The position numbers and the translations under genes were made by a program. DNA of 64,000 nt. It comes from an uncultured Phycisphaerales bacterium (lineage in GTDB: Bacteria; Planctomycetota; Phycisphaerae; Tepidisphaerales; Tepidisphaeraceae). Shown one piece after another: positions 40,185 through 48,724 of this stretch (positions within the stretch are counted from its first letter, which is position 1; each line of letters starts with the position of its first letter). The notes under the pieces were generated by a model. It was not told the origin of the DNA. It saw only the letters and a program-made list of their open reading frames with translations, and did not search any database. Where the stretch lies: positions 1,056,001 to 1,120,000 of the forward strand of contig CAVWVQ010000003.1 of the NCBI GenBank assembly GCA_963758525.1, read 5' to 3'.

Positions 40185-40775
40185 CTATTTGCCTCTTCCG
40201 CGCCTGCGCCGGTCGAACACTTTCCAGACTTCATAGGCCATGGCACCGATTCCGCCGACGGCAAAGCCGCTGGCGAAGGTGTTCCTCTTCGACAACGCCT
40301 CCTTTTCGTCGAGCAGGCGCAGCGCCTCCTCGGCGACCTCCCGTCGGTGCTGCAAACGGCGCATTTCGCTTTCGTGGGCCTCGTTGGCTTTCAGCCATTT
40401 CGGATCACGATATTGCCGCCTGACCAGCCGATCCAGTTCCGCATCAGTCGATTGGCTGTACCCGTCGAGGATCCAGTCTTCCCAGTTTGCGCCTTCGATC
40501 AATCGCCAGCTCATGTCGGCATACTCAAAGACCCCGATCCGGCTTCCGCACTGCAGGATCTCATCGTCGCCGCGCAATTCCACGGCTCGGTCCCACAACT
40601 GATTGATGGCGTCCTCCGGACTGTCGCCCTGACGGCGCAACTTGTAGTTGCCTTTCTTTTTCAGAATGACAATGGACGATTCGAGGCAATATCCGCCATC
40701 GACTTCGACGACAGTCGCACCGGGGTCAAGTTGCTGAATGTAAAGACGCTTTTGGGTCGAATTGAAGTTGCTCAT
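40185..40775 (-). CDS. Hypothetical protein with C-terminal TM/coiled coil
   Basis: RBS GGAGG, co-oriented with neighbours. Confidence 0.6.
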   Translation of the reverse strand: MSNFNSTQKRLYIQQLDPGATVVEVDGGYCLESSIVILKKKGNYKLRRQGDSPEDAINQLWDRAVELRGDDEILQCGSRIGVFEYADMSWRLIEGANWEDWILDGYSQSTDAELDRLVRRQYRDPKWLKANEAHESEMRRLQHRREVAEEALRLLDEKEALSKRNTFASGFAVGGIGAMAYEVWKVFDRRRRGRGK

Positions 40776-40837
40776 CAGGTCCTCCAGGAGATGCAGATCT
40801 TTTTTCGATGCTGTCCGAGGCTTTCAAGACATTACGG

Positions 40838-42001
40838 TTAGGTTTCGGTTGATGTCTCCGAAGCCCGCTCATCCGGCGGCCAGAAAAACGCCACCGGTCC
40901 CGCCGGGAAGATCAGGTTTTCCCATGAGAGGGCCGGCTGCCAGTACATCTGGTCGGATTCCGCGGTGATCGACCGGCACTCTGTCGCCCGCCGGGTCAGC
41001 CGGTGCAGGTCGATCGGCCAATCGCCGCCAAGGCCCTTCCACATTGCATAAGCAGCCATGGCGGCCTCCCACCCGCCCTCGCTCAAATCCGCCGGCAGAT
41101 CGAGCCCCAACAAGATCGCCAGGATCTGGATCCGCACCCGTGGTGAATGCAATTCGGGCGTCTGGACCAGGTGCGTGTAGCACTCCTGAGGCAAAGTCTC
41201 CGTCACCGGCAAATCGGGCCACCGCCTCCGCAACAGCGTTACCAAGGCAATCGCGGCAAGGGACGAACGGCACTCGCCCTGAGACGGGCCCCAATAGAAT
41301 GGGAACTCATCATACTCACATTTTCGATGGAACGGAGCGTCGTTGATCCAGTAGTCGGCGGCCCGCCAACCCTCCCGCCCGGCTCCCACCGCCAGCCACT
41401 CCGCCGAGCCGATGCCCAGGGGTCGTGGCCCCTCGGAAAAAGCGCCGACAATCTGGTGCGGGCTAAAGAACATGCGGAATTCGATACCGACGGCCTTCCC
41501 TGCCTCGATCGTCAAAACGGCGATGACTGGAAGCACCGCGCGCTCGGAATGGCCCAGCACTTGACCGGTGATCCGTGACGCGCCCTTCGATGACTGGCCT
41601 TTCGCAACCTCGGTCGCTCTGCCAATGAGAGAACTGGCATCGAACGCCGGTCCCGCCGGCAGCCCCATGGCCACCAAAAGCGAGTAAGCCTCCTCGATAG
41701 ACGCATGTCCCATCAACCGGGTCGGCTTCAAGTTTCCCGCGACCGCGTGGCAGACCAGTTGCCGGAGGTTCGCCACGCCCTCTCGCGCAAGACCCTTGCG
41801 CGCCCTGACGGAAATGGTGTGATCGACGATTGAGGCATCCAATCGCGCATCCGTCAGATCGATGCCGGTTCCCTGGCACGCCTGGCAAACCTCTCCGATC
41901 GTGGCCGAAAGATTCCGACCCGAGGTGCAGGCCCCGCACGTTCCCCAGGAGGACGTTCCGCTGACCTGCGACACACGCTTGGATGTTTCTTCTTCTGCCA
42001 T
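40838..42001 (-). CDS. Zn-finger + RNAP alpha-CTD-like + DUF429-like fusion
   Basis: CGAC..CQACQGTG; ISVRARKGLAREGVANLRQLV..MGHASIEE..MGL; VTETLP..WEAAMAAYA..IDLH..FFWP; RBS AAGGAG. Confidence 0.6.
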   Translation of the reverse strand: MAEEETSKRVSQVSGTSSWGTCGACTSGRNLSATIGEVCQACQGTGIDLTDARLDASIVDHTISVRARKGLAREGVANLRQLVCHAVAGNLKPTRLMGHASIEEAYSLLVAMGLPAGPAFDASSLIGRATEVAKGQSSKGASRITGQVLGHSERAVLPVIAVLTIEAGKAVGIEFRMFFSPHQIVGAFSEGPRPLGIGSAEWLAVGAGREGWRAADYWINDAPFHRKCEYDEFPFYWGPSQGECRSSLAAIALVTLLRRRWPDLPVTETLPQECYTHLVQTPELHSPRVRIQILAILLGLDLPADLSEGGWEAAMAAYAMWKGLGGDWPIDLHRLTRRATECRSITAESDQMYWQPALSWENLIFPAGPVAFFWPPDERASETSTET

Positions 42002-42208
42002 ATGAATCTCCTTTCATTGCGATTTGTTAAAGGTTCAATCTCCGCCCCGGCCTTGAGTGGCGGATCAGCGCAGCCGGGGCTATTCAGATGCCAAAGAACC
42101 GCCGCCGGCTGGAACCGGCGAGCGCGCACCGCTGGCGGCGCGGGTATCACCAAAGGAGAAATGGAGCGACAAGGACCGACAGACGAAGGCGCTGGCCGAC
42201 ATCCCCTG

Positions 42209-42349
42209 CTAAAGCTTTCGCACATCCCAGATCACGGCCCGCGGGAACTGCGACTCAATCAGCCGCCGAGCATCGTTGCTCGTTCCCGCCTGTACCGTCT
42301 GGGCGTAACGCTCGTTGTCGATCGTAAAGGTGACCTCGTATGTCTGCAT
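42209..42349 (-). CDS. 46-aa small protein
   Basis: Manual: MQTYEVTFTIDNERYAQTVQAGTSNDARRLIESQFPRAVIWDVRKL; RBS GGAGG. Confidence 0.7.
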   Translation of the reverse strand: MQTYEVTFTIDNERYAQTVQAGTSNDARRLIESQFPRAVIWDVRKL

Positions 42350-42380
42350 CGCGAACCTCCCTCATTAGGCTGATGCAGTA

Positions 42381-42413
42381 AATGTACAAGGCGAAGCGGA
42401 CAAAAGGTGTCCG
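42381..42413 (-). promoter_or_regulatory. Candidate WYL-activated promoter CGGACA-N5-TGTCCG-N10-TACATT
   Basis: Palindrome 42397-42413, -10 at 42381-86; same palindrome at 45211. Confidence 0.7.
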
Positions 42414-42434
42414 GTGGTCACTGCCGGCTTATTA

Positions 42435-43238
42435 TTACGAATCTCGGACTGTATTCCATCGATCCACACCCGCGGCGAGCAACGCGGGATCCAGTGAAAT
42501 GATCGCCCCCACATGGGCCCTTTGTCCGGCGGCGACGTCGACGAACACGACCCCGCTGTGCAGCCGGCCGTTCAATGTTCGTACTCCCGCCTCAAACGCG
42601 GCGCGTGCGGCGTTCTTCATTGCGTAGCAGAAGACACAAGACGCGCCCGGCTTTCCGCTAAAGAGCCAGGACCGAACCGGCTCGAGTAACAATTCCCAAT
42701 CGGCCGCGTGCAGGTCTCCATCGTCGGCGCTTTTGTCTGCGATATAGGTGTAGGGGTCCATCGTAAAGAGCCACGGCCGATCCAATCCCGGTGGCGCGTG
42801 CAGATGATCGATCGCTGCCCGCCAACTTCCGTGGATTACCTGCATAGCCGTTCCACGCCAGCGTGCCCGAAGTTTATGAAAGGTGGAATTCTTCTTTTCG
42901 ACAAGCGTTCCGGCTAGTTCCCGTCCGCCGATCAGGGCTTTGGCAACCTCGGCGCTATTCGGGTAGCGGTCCGGTTCGATGAGTCGGGTACATCGATACG
43001 CGCGGAGAACCGCCGGTTCATCCGCTGGCGGATTTGCATTTAGAGCCCGACTCCACCAAAACTCAAATCGCGCCCGCTGATCCCCGCTCTTGCTAATCGA
43101 TCGTCGAAACGCGTCAAACGGTTACATGGAATATGTGCAGACGAGGTGCAAGCCGACCTCACCCGCTGAAAACAGGCGGGACATCAACTCCGCTTCAACG
43201 GAGTGCTGCAGGAGATTGACGTCGTTGCCACGTGCCAT
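42435..43238 (-). pseudogene. RlmJ-like SAM-dependent methyltransferase with in-frame TAA at 43122-24
   Basis: RGNDVNLLQH, RYPNS, LFTMDPY in one frame across the stop. Confidence 0.55.
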
Positions 43239-43266
43239 GCAAAATCTGCTCGAACGAAGCCCAACG

Positions 43267-43503
43267 CTATAACAAATCTTTATGTCGTCCCTTGCCACAG
43301 AACCTGCCCCCACCACCTCGGTTCGGGCATTTGCACTGAAAACAACTGCTACTATTGACCCCGTGGTGATATCCGCAGTCGGTGCAGACCATTTCGACAA
43401 CATGTTGGCAGTGGTCCGTTCCCATCCGCCCTGTGTCTTTCAACACCTGCTGTTTATTCGGATTTATATAGCCGGGCATCGTTGTTCGGGAGGGCATGAC
43501 CAT
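43267..43503 (-). CDS. Small Cys-rich zinc-ribbon protein
   Basis: GYINPNKQ..GTDH..CTDCG..KCP. Confidence 0.6.
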   Translation of the reverse strand: MVMPSRTTMPGYINPNKQQVLKDTGRMGTDHCQHVVEMVCTDCGYHHGVNSSSCFQCKCPNRGGGGRFCGKGRHKDLL

Positions 43504-43527
43504 TCCTTTCGTTCACGGCCGCGACTT

Positions 43528-44358
43528 CTAAGATGGTAAATCTACACTTGGCGAATAGCAGTCACCATCAATCCAAACTTGAGCCGTATTCCCAGCTCGC
43601 TCCAACCGTGCGCGATTCACGTTGAGCGCGTCCTTTGCCCATTGCTGCCAAAGCTGCCAGGGTGGGAGGAAGAAATAGCCGCCATGTGGATCACCGACGG
43701 CGGTATATGAACCCTGCCACACACAAATCGCGGTAAGCGCACACACGAGGCCGGCCTGCTCATCATGTTGGTTATTCTCGGCAAGCGCCCGCCAGAACCC
43801 TTCGTGCGGCCAGTTCAAATGTTGTTTGATAGCAGACATCGTCCGAGCGCGAAATCCTTCGAGCAACCACGAGAACTTCTCCCCGCGCTGTAGCTCCGGC
43901 ACGCCCTCGTAAATCATGTCGTCGAGTAAAATCCCGAGGAAGGCGTTGGGGAAGGCCTCGACTATGTTCTTACCCGGGTAGACGCGCGGAATTTCTCGCC
44001 TGAGCCCGTTCCCGAGCGTTTCCTGCTCGAATTGCTCCGCCGTATCACAGCCGCCTCGACGCAGACCTTGCCCTGTTCTGGCAACCTGACTGAAGCCGGG
44101 CTTGCAGCGGGTCTGAAACGTGCCCCATGCAAATAAGCACTCGACTCCGCGCAGCTGATAATGCACTGGTCCCGGGGCTAAAACAGGGCCATCGATCGCC
44201 AGCACATCCCATTTTCCTCCCGAGGGCAATGCGGTCACGCGGCTGCGCTTGTCAATGAATGTGTGGGTCAGGACAAATCCTGCATCGCCTGTTGAACAAA
44301 TGCCCGATGTCGGGTCCTTGAGAGTCAGACCGACGTCAATTCCAAGGAGATTTGGCAT
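43528..44358 (-). CDS. DUF429-like RNase H-fold nuclease
   Basis: LLGIDVG, LAIDGP, VEAFPNAF, HDEQAGLVCA. Confidence 0.75.
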   Translation of the reverse strand: MPNLLGIDVGLTLKDPTSGICSTGDAGFVLTHTFIDKRSRVTALPSGGKWDVLAIDGPVLAPGPVHYQLRGVECLFAWGTFQTRCKPGFSQVARTGQGLRRGGCDTAEQFEQETLGNGLRREIPRVYPGKNIVEAFPNAFLGILLDDMIYEGVPELQRGEKFSWLLEGFRARTMSAIKQHLNWPHEGFWRALAENNQHDEQAGLVCALTAICVWQGSYTAVGDPHGGYFFLPPWQLWQQWAKDALNVNRARLERAGNTAQVWIDGDCYSPSVDLPS

Positions 44359-44428
44359 AGTGCCTTTTTATTTTATGGGGGCTCGTATAGTTGCTTTCAC
44401 CACCACCACTATCACGTATTGTGCCATG

Positions 44429-45185
44429 TTACGTCTCTGACAGTGCGCAACCGTGGGTTGCGGCGATCTGGCGAGCTGCAAGACGGACGCTCCTCCGCAA
44501 TTCTCTCGGCTCCATCACCTCCACGCGCCCGCCCCATGCCAAGACGTCGCGTTTTACAGCGTATAGCGCGCCCGTATCGAACTCAACAATGATCCTGCCC
44601 TCCGGATCCCGGCTGATTTTCTGCGTCGAATTCGAGCGGTACTCCTCGCCATAGGCGGCGGCTTCCTTGCAGAAACGCAGCTTCACCCGGTGAATCGGCC
44701 CCGTGCTCTGGTCGCAAAGTCGTCGGCTCCTCCAGCGCGTTGAGCAACGTATCCCAGATCTGGCGAGGCACCGGGTCTACCGGGGGGCCTTCAAACCGGA
44801 TCTTCTTCGCCATCACCTGGTAACCCGTCCGGGTCTCCGGCGGGAGCAGGTCCAGAAGCCGGCGATACATGTCAGCCAACTGGGCATGCACCGGCGTCCC
44901 TTTGAATTGCTCGGCGGCGTGCAGCCCGATGAGCAGCGCGAGCCGATCGGCCGTGCTGACCATCGTCCCAGGCAGAGACGTCACCTCGCCTTCGTAATAC
45001 CAGGCTCGCTGGTGTCGGTCGTACCGCACCGGCAGCCGATATTTTCCGGCCAGCACCTCTTTCAGGTCGCGGCGAACGGTGCGTTCATCGACTCCAAATT
45101 CCCGTGCGGCTTCAGCAGCGACAACCCGCCGACCGCCTCGGAGCCAACGGTCCAGCGTTAGAATTCGGGAATTCATCTTCGACAC
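44429..45185 (-). pseudogene. HTH-WYL-WCX regulator with internal deletion of the WYL domain
   Basis: AREFGVDERTVRRDL wHTH; breaks after EEPTTLR (~44715); WCX VKLRF..VLAWGGRVEVMEPRELR in another frame. Confidence 0.8.
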
Positions 45186-45209
45186 TGCCTCAAGATCTAC
45201 CGGAGGGCG

Positions 45210-45228
45210 CCGGACATTTCGTGTCCGG
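45210..45228. promoter_or_regulatory. Palindrome CCGGACA-N5-TGTCCGG upstream of WYL gene
   Basis: Direct reading; repeated at 42397. Confidence 0.7.
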
Positions 45229-45322
45229 CTCTCCCACCGTATTGAATATCACGACCACTGACCGCCGCCCGTCAATTTCCATCGCGCCGGCTCAAACATC
45301 TTTCGCCATCTCCTCGAGCATA

Positions 45323-45451
45323 TCATCCGCGCACTTGGGGGCGACGGCACGGCACCGCCAAGGCTTGCCGCGCATAGTCGTTCAAGTCTCCGGTGACGTG
45401 TCGGCGAAGCGGGGCTTCAAGCTCCACGGGCAATTCGACGGTGAGATGCAT
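45323..45451 (-). pseudogene. UPF0175-like antitoxin N-terminal fragment
   Basis: MHLTVELPVELEAPLRRHVTGDLNDYARQALAV, then diverges. Confidence 0.45.
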
Positions 45452-45495
45452 ATCGCCCAAATAATAACATGCCGGGAAGTGTGACAAGGGGCACG

Positions 45496-45534
45496 GCGGT
45501 CATAAGCCAATAGTTGAATTTGGCTTATGGCCGC
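45496..45534. repeat. Hairpin mini-element built from RAYT-1 ends
   Basis: gcggtcataagccaa-N9-ttggcttatggccgc. Confidence 0.75.
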
Positions 45535-45547
45535 TCTTCCTCACCCT

Positions 45548-45577
45548 ATCCGCGTTTATCAGCGTTCATCTGCGATT
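45548..45577. repeat. 10-nt periodic repeat ATCNGCGNTY x3
   Basis: atccgcgttt/atcagcgttc/atctgcgatt. Confidence 0.55.
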
Positions 45578-47155
45578 AAACTCTTGGGTTGCGGGCGCGG
45601 CCGGCGCTTGGTCCTCCGTGGTGAGCCCCGAATTTTCCGGGTTGGGACCGAGCATGGTTTCTGGCTTGCTCAGAATCACGATCCAGCCTGGAACGTCGGC
45701 GTCGTCTTCCTTGCGCAGCACGATTTCCTCGGCGTGGATTTCCGCCAAACCATGCTTCTGGGCGAGCTCGCGGACGTAGGCAAGGGAATGTGCGAAGCGG
45801 CACGTGGGCTGAAGAACGAATCCCCGTCCGTCATGGCGCTCGATGGAGAACGCGAAGAACCCGGCGGGACGCAGGGCGCGGGCGACGGCGGCGAAGACCG
45901 CCGCCAAATCGCCGACATAAATGAAGACGTCGCCGGCGAGGATCAGATCGCAGCCGACGGGACGTTCGTCCAGCGCGGCGAGAATGTCGGCGTTGACGAG
46001 GCGGTCGTAAATGTTTCGCTCGGCCGCCTTCTGGAGCATCTTGGGCGATAGATCGACTCCGACGAGCCCGCGCGCGTGCGGACGGAACTGCACTCCGCAA
46101 AGGCCGGTGCCGCACCCCAGATCCAGGACATCGAACTTCGTTCCCGGCGCCGCCGAGAGAACCGCCTCGAGAAGCAGTTCGGGCACGCGATAGGCGAGCT
46201 TGCCGAGCAAATTTCGATCGAAGCCCGGGGCGTAGCTGTCGAAAAGGCCCTGGAGATATCGGGGCGGCGCCGTCGGCATCGACGAGTCGCCGGTGAGCGC
46301 TGCGAGGATGAATCGCCAGTCGGGGGAGTCTGATTTCAGACGGACGGCCTCCCGGTAGGCGGCGATCGCCTCGTCCAACTGCGCCTTTTTCAACAGGGCC
46401 TCGCCGAGACTGGCGTGGGCCTCGGCGTAGCCGGACCGCAGCGCGATGGACGCCCGGCATGCGACGATGGCCTCGTCCAGCAGACCCTTTTTCGTCAGGG
46501 CGATGCCGAGAGTACGATGGGCCTCGGGGAACTGAGGCTTGACGGCGATGGCCTGCCGCGAAGCGGCGACGGCCTCGTCGAGTCGGCCGGTCGCGAGCAA
46601 CGCATTTCCCAGATTAATCTGTGCCTCGCTGTAGTCAGGTCTGAGATGGACGGCCTGACGGTAGGCGGCGGCGGCCTCGTCGAATTGATCGCGTCGCCTC
46701 AGCGCGTTGCCGAGGTTGTACCACGCTTCGGGGAGCTCGCCCTTGATTGCAATCGCCCGACGGCAGGCGGCGATGGCTTCGTCCAGATGCCCTTTTTGCA
46801 CCAGGGCATTACCGAGATTGCTGTGAGCCTCCGCGTAGTCGGGCCGCAGCGCGATGGCCTTGCGATAGGCGGCAATGCCCGCGTCCAATTGCCCGCCGTC
46901 CTTCAACGCATTGCCCAGATCGCTATAGGCGCCAGCATCGCCTGGCTCCTGGACGATGGCCTGCCGGATCAAATCCACGGCGATGTCGGTGCGGCCCGCC
47001 TGATGCGCGATCACTCCCAGATAATGCAGCGCCCCCGCGTGATTTGGGTGGTGGAGCAGTACGTGGCGATAGAGGTGCTGAGCCTCCAGGAGCTGACCGG
47101 CCCGGTGGCGTTGCACCGCCAGGTCGAAGGCTTGCTGGAGAGTCATCGTCGCCAT
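45566..47155 (-). CDS. TPR-repeat protein with C-terminal SAM methyltransferase
   Basis: Multiple NLGNAL TPRs; LFDSYA, VLDLGCGTG, GDVFIYVGDL. Confidence 0.92.
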   Translation of the reverse strand: MATMTLQQAFDLAVQRHRAGQLLEAQHLYRHVLLHHPNHAGALHYLGVIAHQAGRTDIAVDLIRQAIVQEPGDAGAYSDLGNALKDGGQLDAGIAAYRKAIALRPDYAEAHSNLGNALVQKGHLDEAIAACRRAIAIKGELPEAWYNLGNALRRRDQFDEAAAAYRQAVHLRPDYSEAQINLGNALLATGRLDEAVAASRQAIAVKPQFPEAHRTLGIALTKKGLLDEAIVACRASIALRSGYAEAHASLGEALLKKAQLDEAIAAYREAVRLKSDSPDWRFILAALTGDSSMPTAPPRYLQGLFDSYAPGFDRNLLGKLAYRVPELLLEAVLSAAPGTKFDVLDLGCGTGLCGVQFRPHARGLVGVDLSPKMLQKAAERNIYDRLVNADILAALDERPVGCDLILAGDVFIYVGDLAAVFAAVARALRPAGFFAFSIERHDGRGFVLQPTCRFAHSLAYVRELAQKHGLAEIHAEEIVLRKEDDADVPGWIVILSKPETMLGPNPENSGLTTEDQAPAAPATQEFNRR

Positions 47156-47212
47156 CAGCGAGTGATCTTACCGTTCGCGCCAGCGATGTTCATACGATGC
47201 GCCGCGGGTGCG

Positions 47213-47659
47213 TCACAGTTTGGGAGTTCCGGTAATTGAGCCGGTCGGCGCTCGTACTCCCTCCCCCGGTATTTCCGGGGGAGGGTTGGGGAGGGGGTTC
47301 TTCAGAAGTTGCTGGTAAATCGATTCCGCCACGGCGTCGCCGTGTTTCAGGATCTCGTAATCCGAGAAACGCAACATGCGGATTCCTTTTTCAGCCAATG
47401 CCTGAGTGCGGCGGCGATCATACTCCAAAGCTTGTGAGTCGTAGTGTTGCCCCCCATCGGCTTCGACTCCCAGACCAGCGCGCAAACAGCAGAAATCGAG
47501 GATGTAACCGGCCACGGGAACCTGCCTCCGGAAGCGATGTCCCTCAAGCCGACCGCGGCGCAGCAAAGCCCAAAGTTTCCTCTCCGCTTCCGTCGGCGCC
47601 TGACGCATCTGGCGGGCGAACGCAATCAGGCGGCGAGAGTGATCCCGTTTATGCGGCAT
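47213..47659 (-). CDS. DUF559 (Vsr-like) endonuclease
   Basis: PTEAERKLW..FRRQVP..YILDFCC..VEADGGQH..RMLRF. Confidence 0.9.
   Translation of the reverse strand: MPHKRDHSRRLIAFARQMRQAPTEAERKLWALLRRGRLEGHRFRRQVPVAGYILDFCCLRAGLGVEADGGQHYDSQALEYDRRRTQALAEKGIRMLRFSDYEILKHGDAVAESIYQQLLKNPLPNPPPEIPGEGVRAPTGSITGTPKL
47259..47297. repeat. REP-like palindrome at DUF559 3' end
   Basis: ccctcccccgg-tattt-ccgggggaggg-ttggggaggggg. Confidence 0.85.
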
Positions 47660-47701
47660 GGCATCGCATGCTGAGCGATCGATGGGGCATTCGTCAAATG
47701 G

Positions 47702-47738
47702 CCCCCTCCCACCCTCCCCCGGAAATACCGGGGGAGGG
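47702..47738. repeat. Inverted copy of the REP-like palindrome upstream of DUF559
   Basis: ccccctccca-ccctcccccgg-aaata-ccgggggaggg. Confidence 0.85.
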
Positions 47739-47972
47739 GAAAGAGCATCATCCCCTGATATTTCATGGACCGGGGGACAGAGTTCCTATTGCGCCAGTTC
47801 CTATCGCCCCACCTTGTGGATCGCGCGCGGTGAGCGGAGAATCGAGACTTAAATCACGGAACGTGCGCGATTACGCGTCCGTGCCGGAAGTAAGCTGCCC
47901 AAGGGCAGCCGCTAAACGGTTTTTTGTAAGCGTGTGATCGGGCAAGGTCATACAGATCGGCAGCGCACGATC

Positions 47973-48563
47973 ATGGAAATCGCCAGCAATCCTGCGACTC
48001 CTCCTTCTTCCGAGCATCTGGCGCAACTTGATGCCGCGCGTCTGACGGCGCAAAATCAGTCGCGCTGTGTCGGTTGCCAATTTTGATGGGTGGACGATCG
48101 CCGCGTTCGCGGCGATCACGATTGTATTTTCTGTTACCAATAGCGTCTCGGGCATCGCGTTGGGCTTGGGAATGACCTATGTCGCCTGGCGCGAGCTTTC
48201 GAGCGGCGCGGCGCTCAAGAAGCTGGATGCGGCCGCTCCGCGCCGTTTGGCGATCAATCAAATTGTGCTGTGCGGGATGCTGGTGCTGTATTTTGGGTGG
48301 GCTCTGTATCAGGACCTGTCCGGTCCAGCCGCGTCGGTTCAAATTCTTGCTCAAGCGCCGACGCGCAGGGTATGCTCGGCGATATCGACCAGATCTCGCG
48401 TGAAATCACCATCTGGATGTACGTCGGATTGATGGCGGCATCCCTGCTCGCGCAGGGGGGCACTGCCTGGTATTACTTTTCGCGCGAGAAGCTGCTGCAG
48501 AAGTACCTCGCGACCACGCCGAAATGGATCATCGATTATCAGCGGGGCGGAGGAACGCTTTGA
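47973..48563 (+). CDS. Membrane protein, two apparent frameshifts
   Basis: TM-rich pieces 48067-48432 and 48270-48563 join; ATG 47973. Confidence 0.55.
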
Positions 48564-48724
48564 ATCGGCGGAAGGGCATGCGAGAAGAGGTGGCGTATTG
48601 TTTGGCTGCGCGGGCAGGTAAATCCCGGGCGCATGACCTACTGATTTTCGCGATACAGAAATTGCCCTGCAGCGAGCCGGAAGGACTGCGCGAGCCAGCC
48701 ACCGGCGTTCCGTCCTCCGTAAAC

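Noticed and set aside
4494..45534. Integron or prophage
   Set aside because: No tyrosine integrase, attC-like sites or phage structural genes seen
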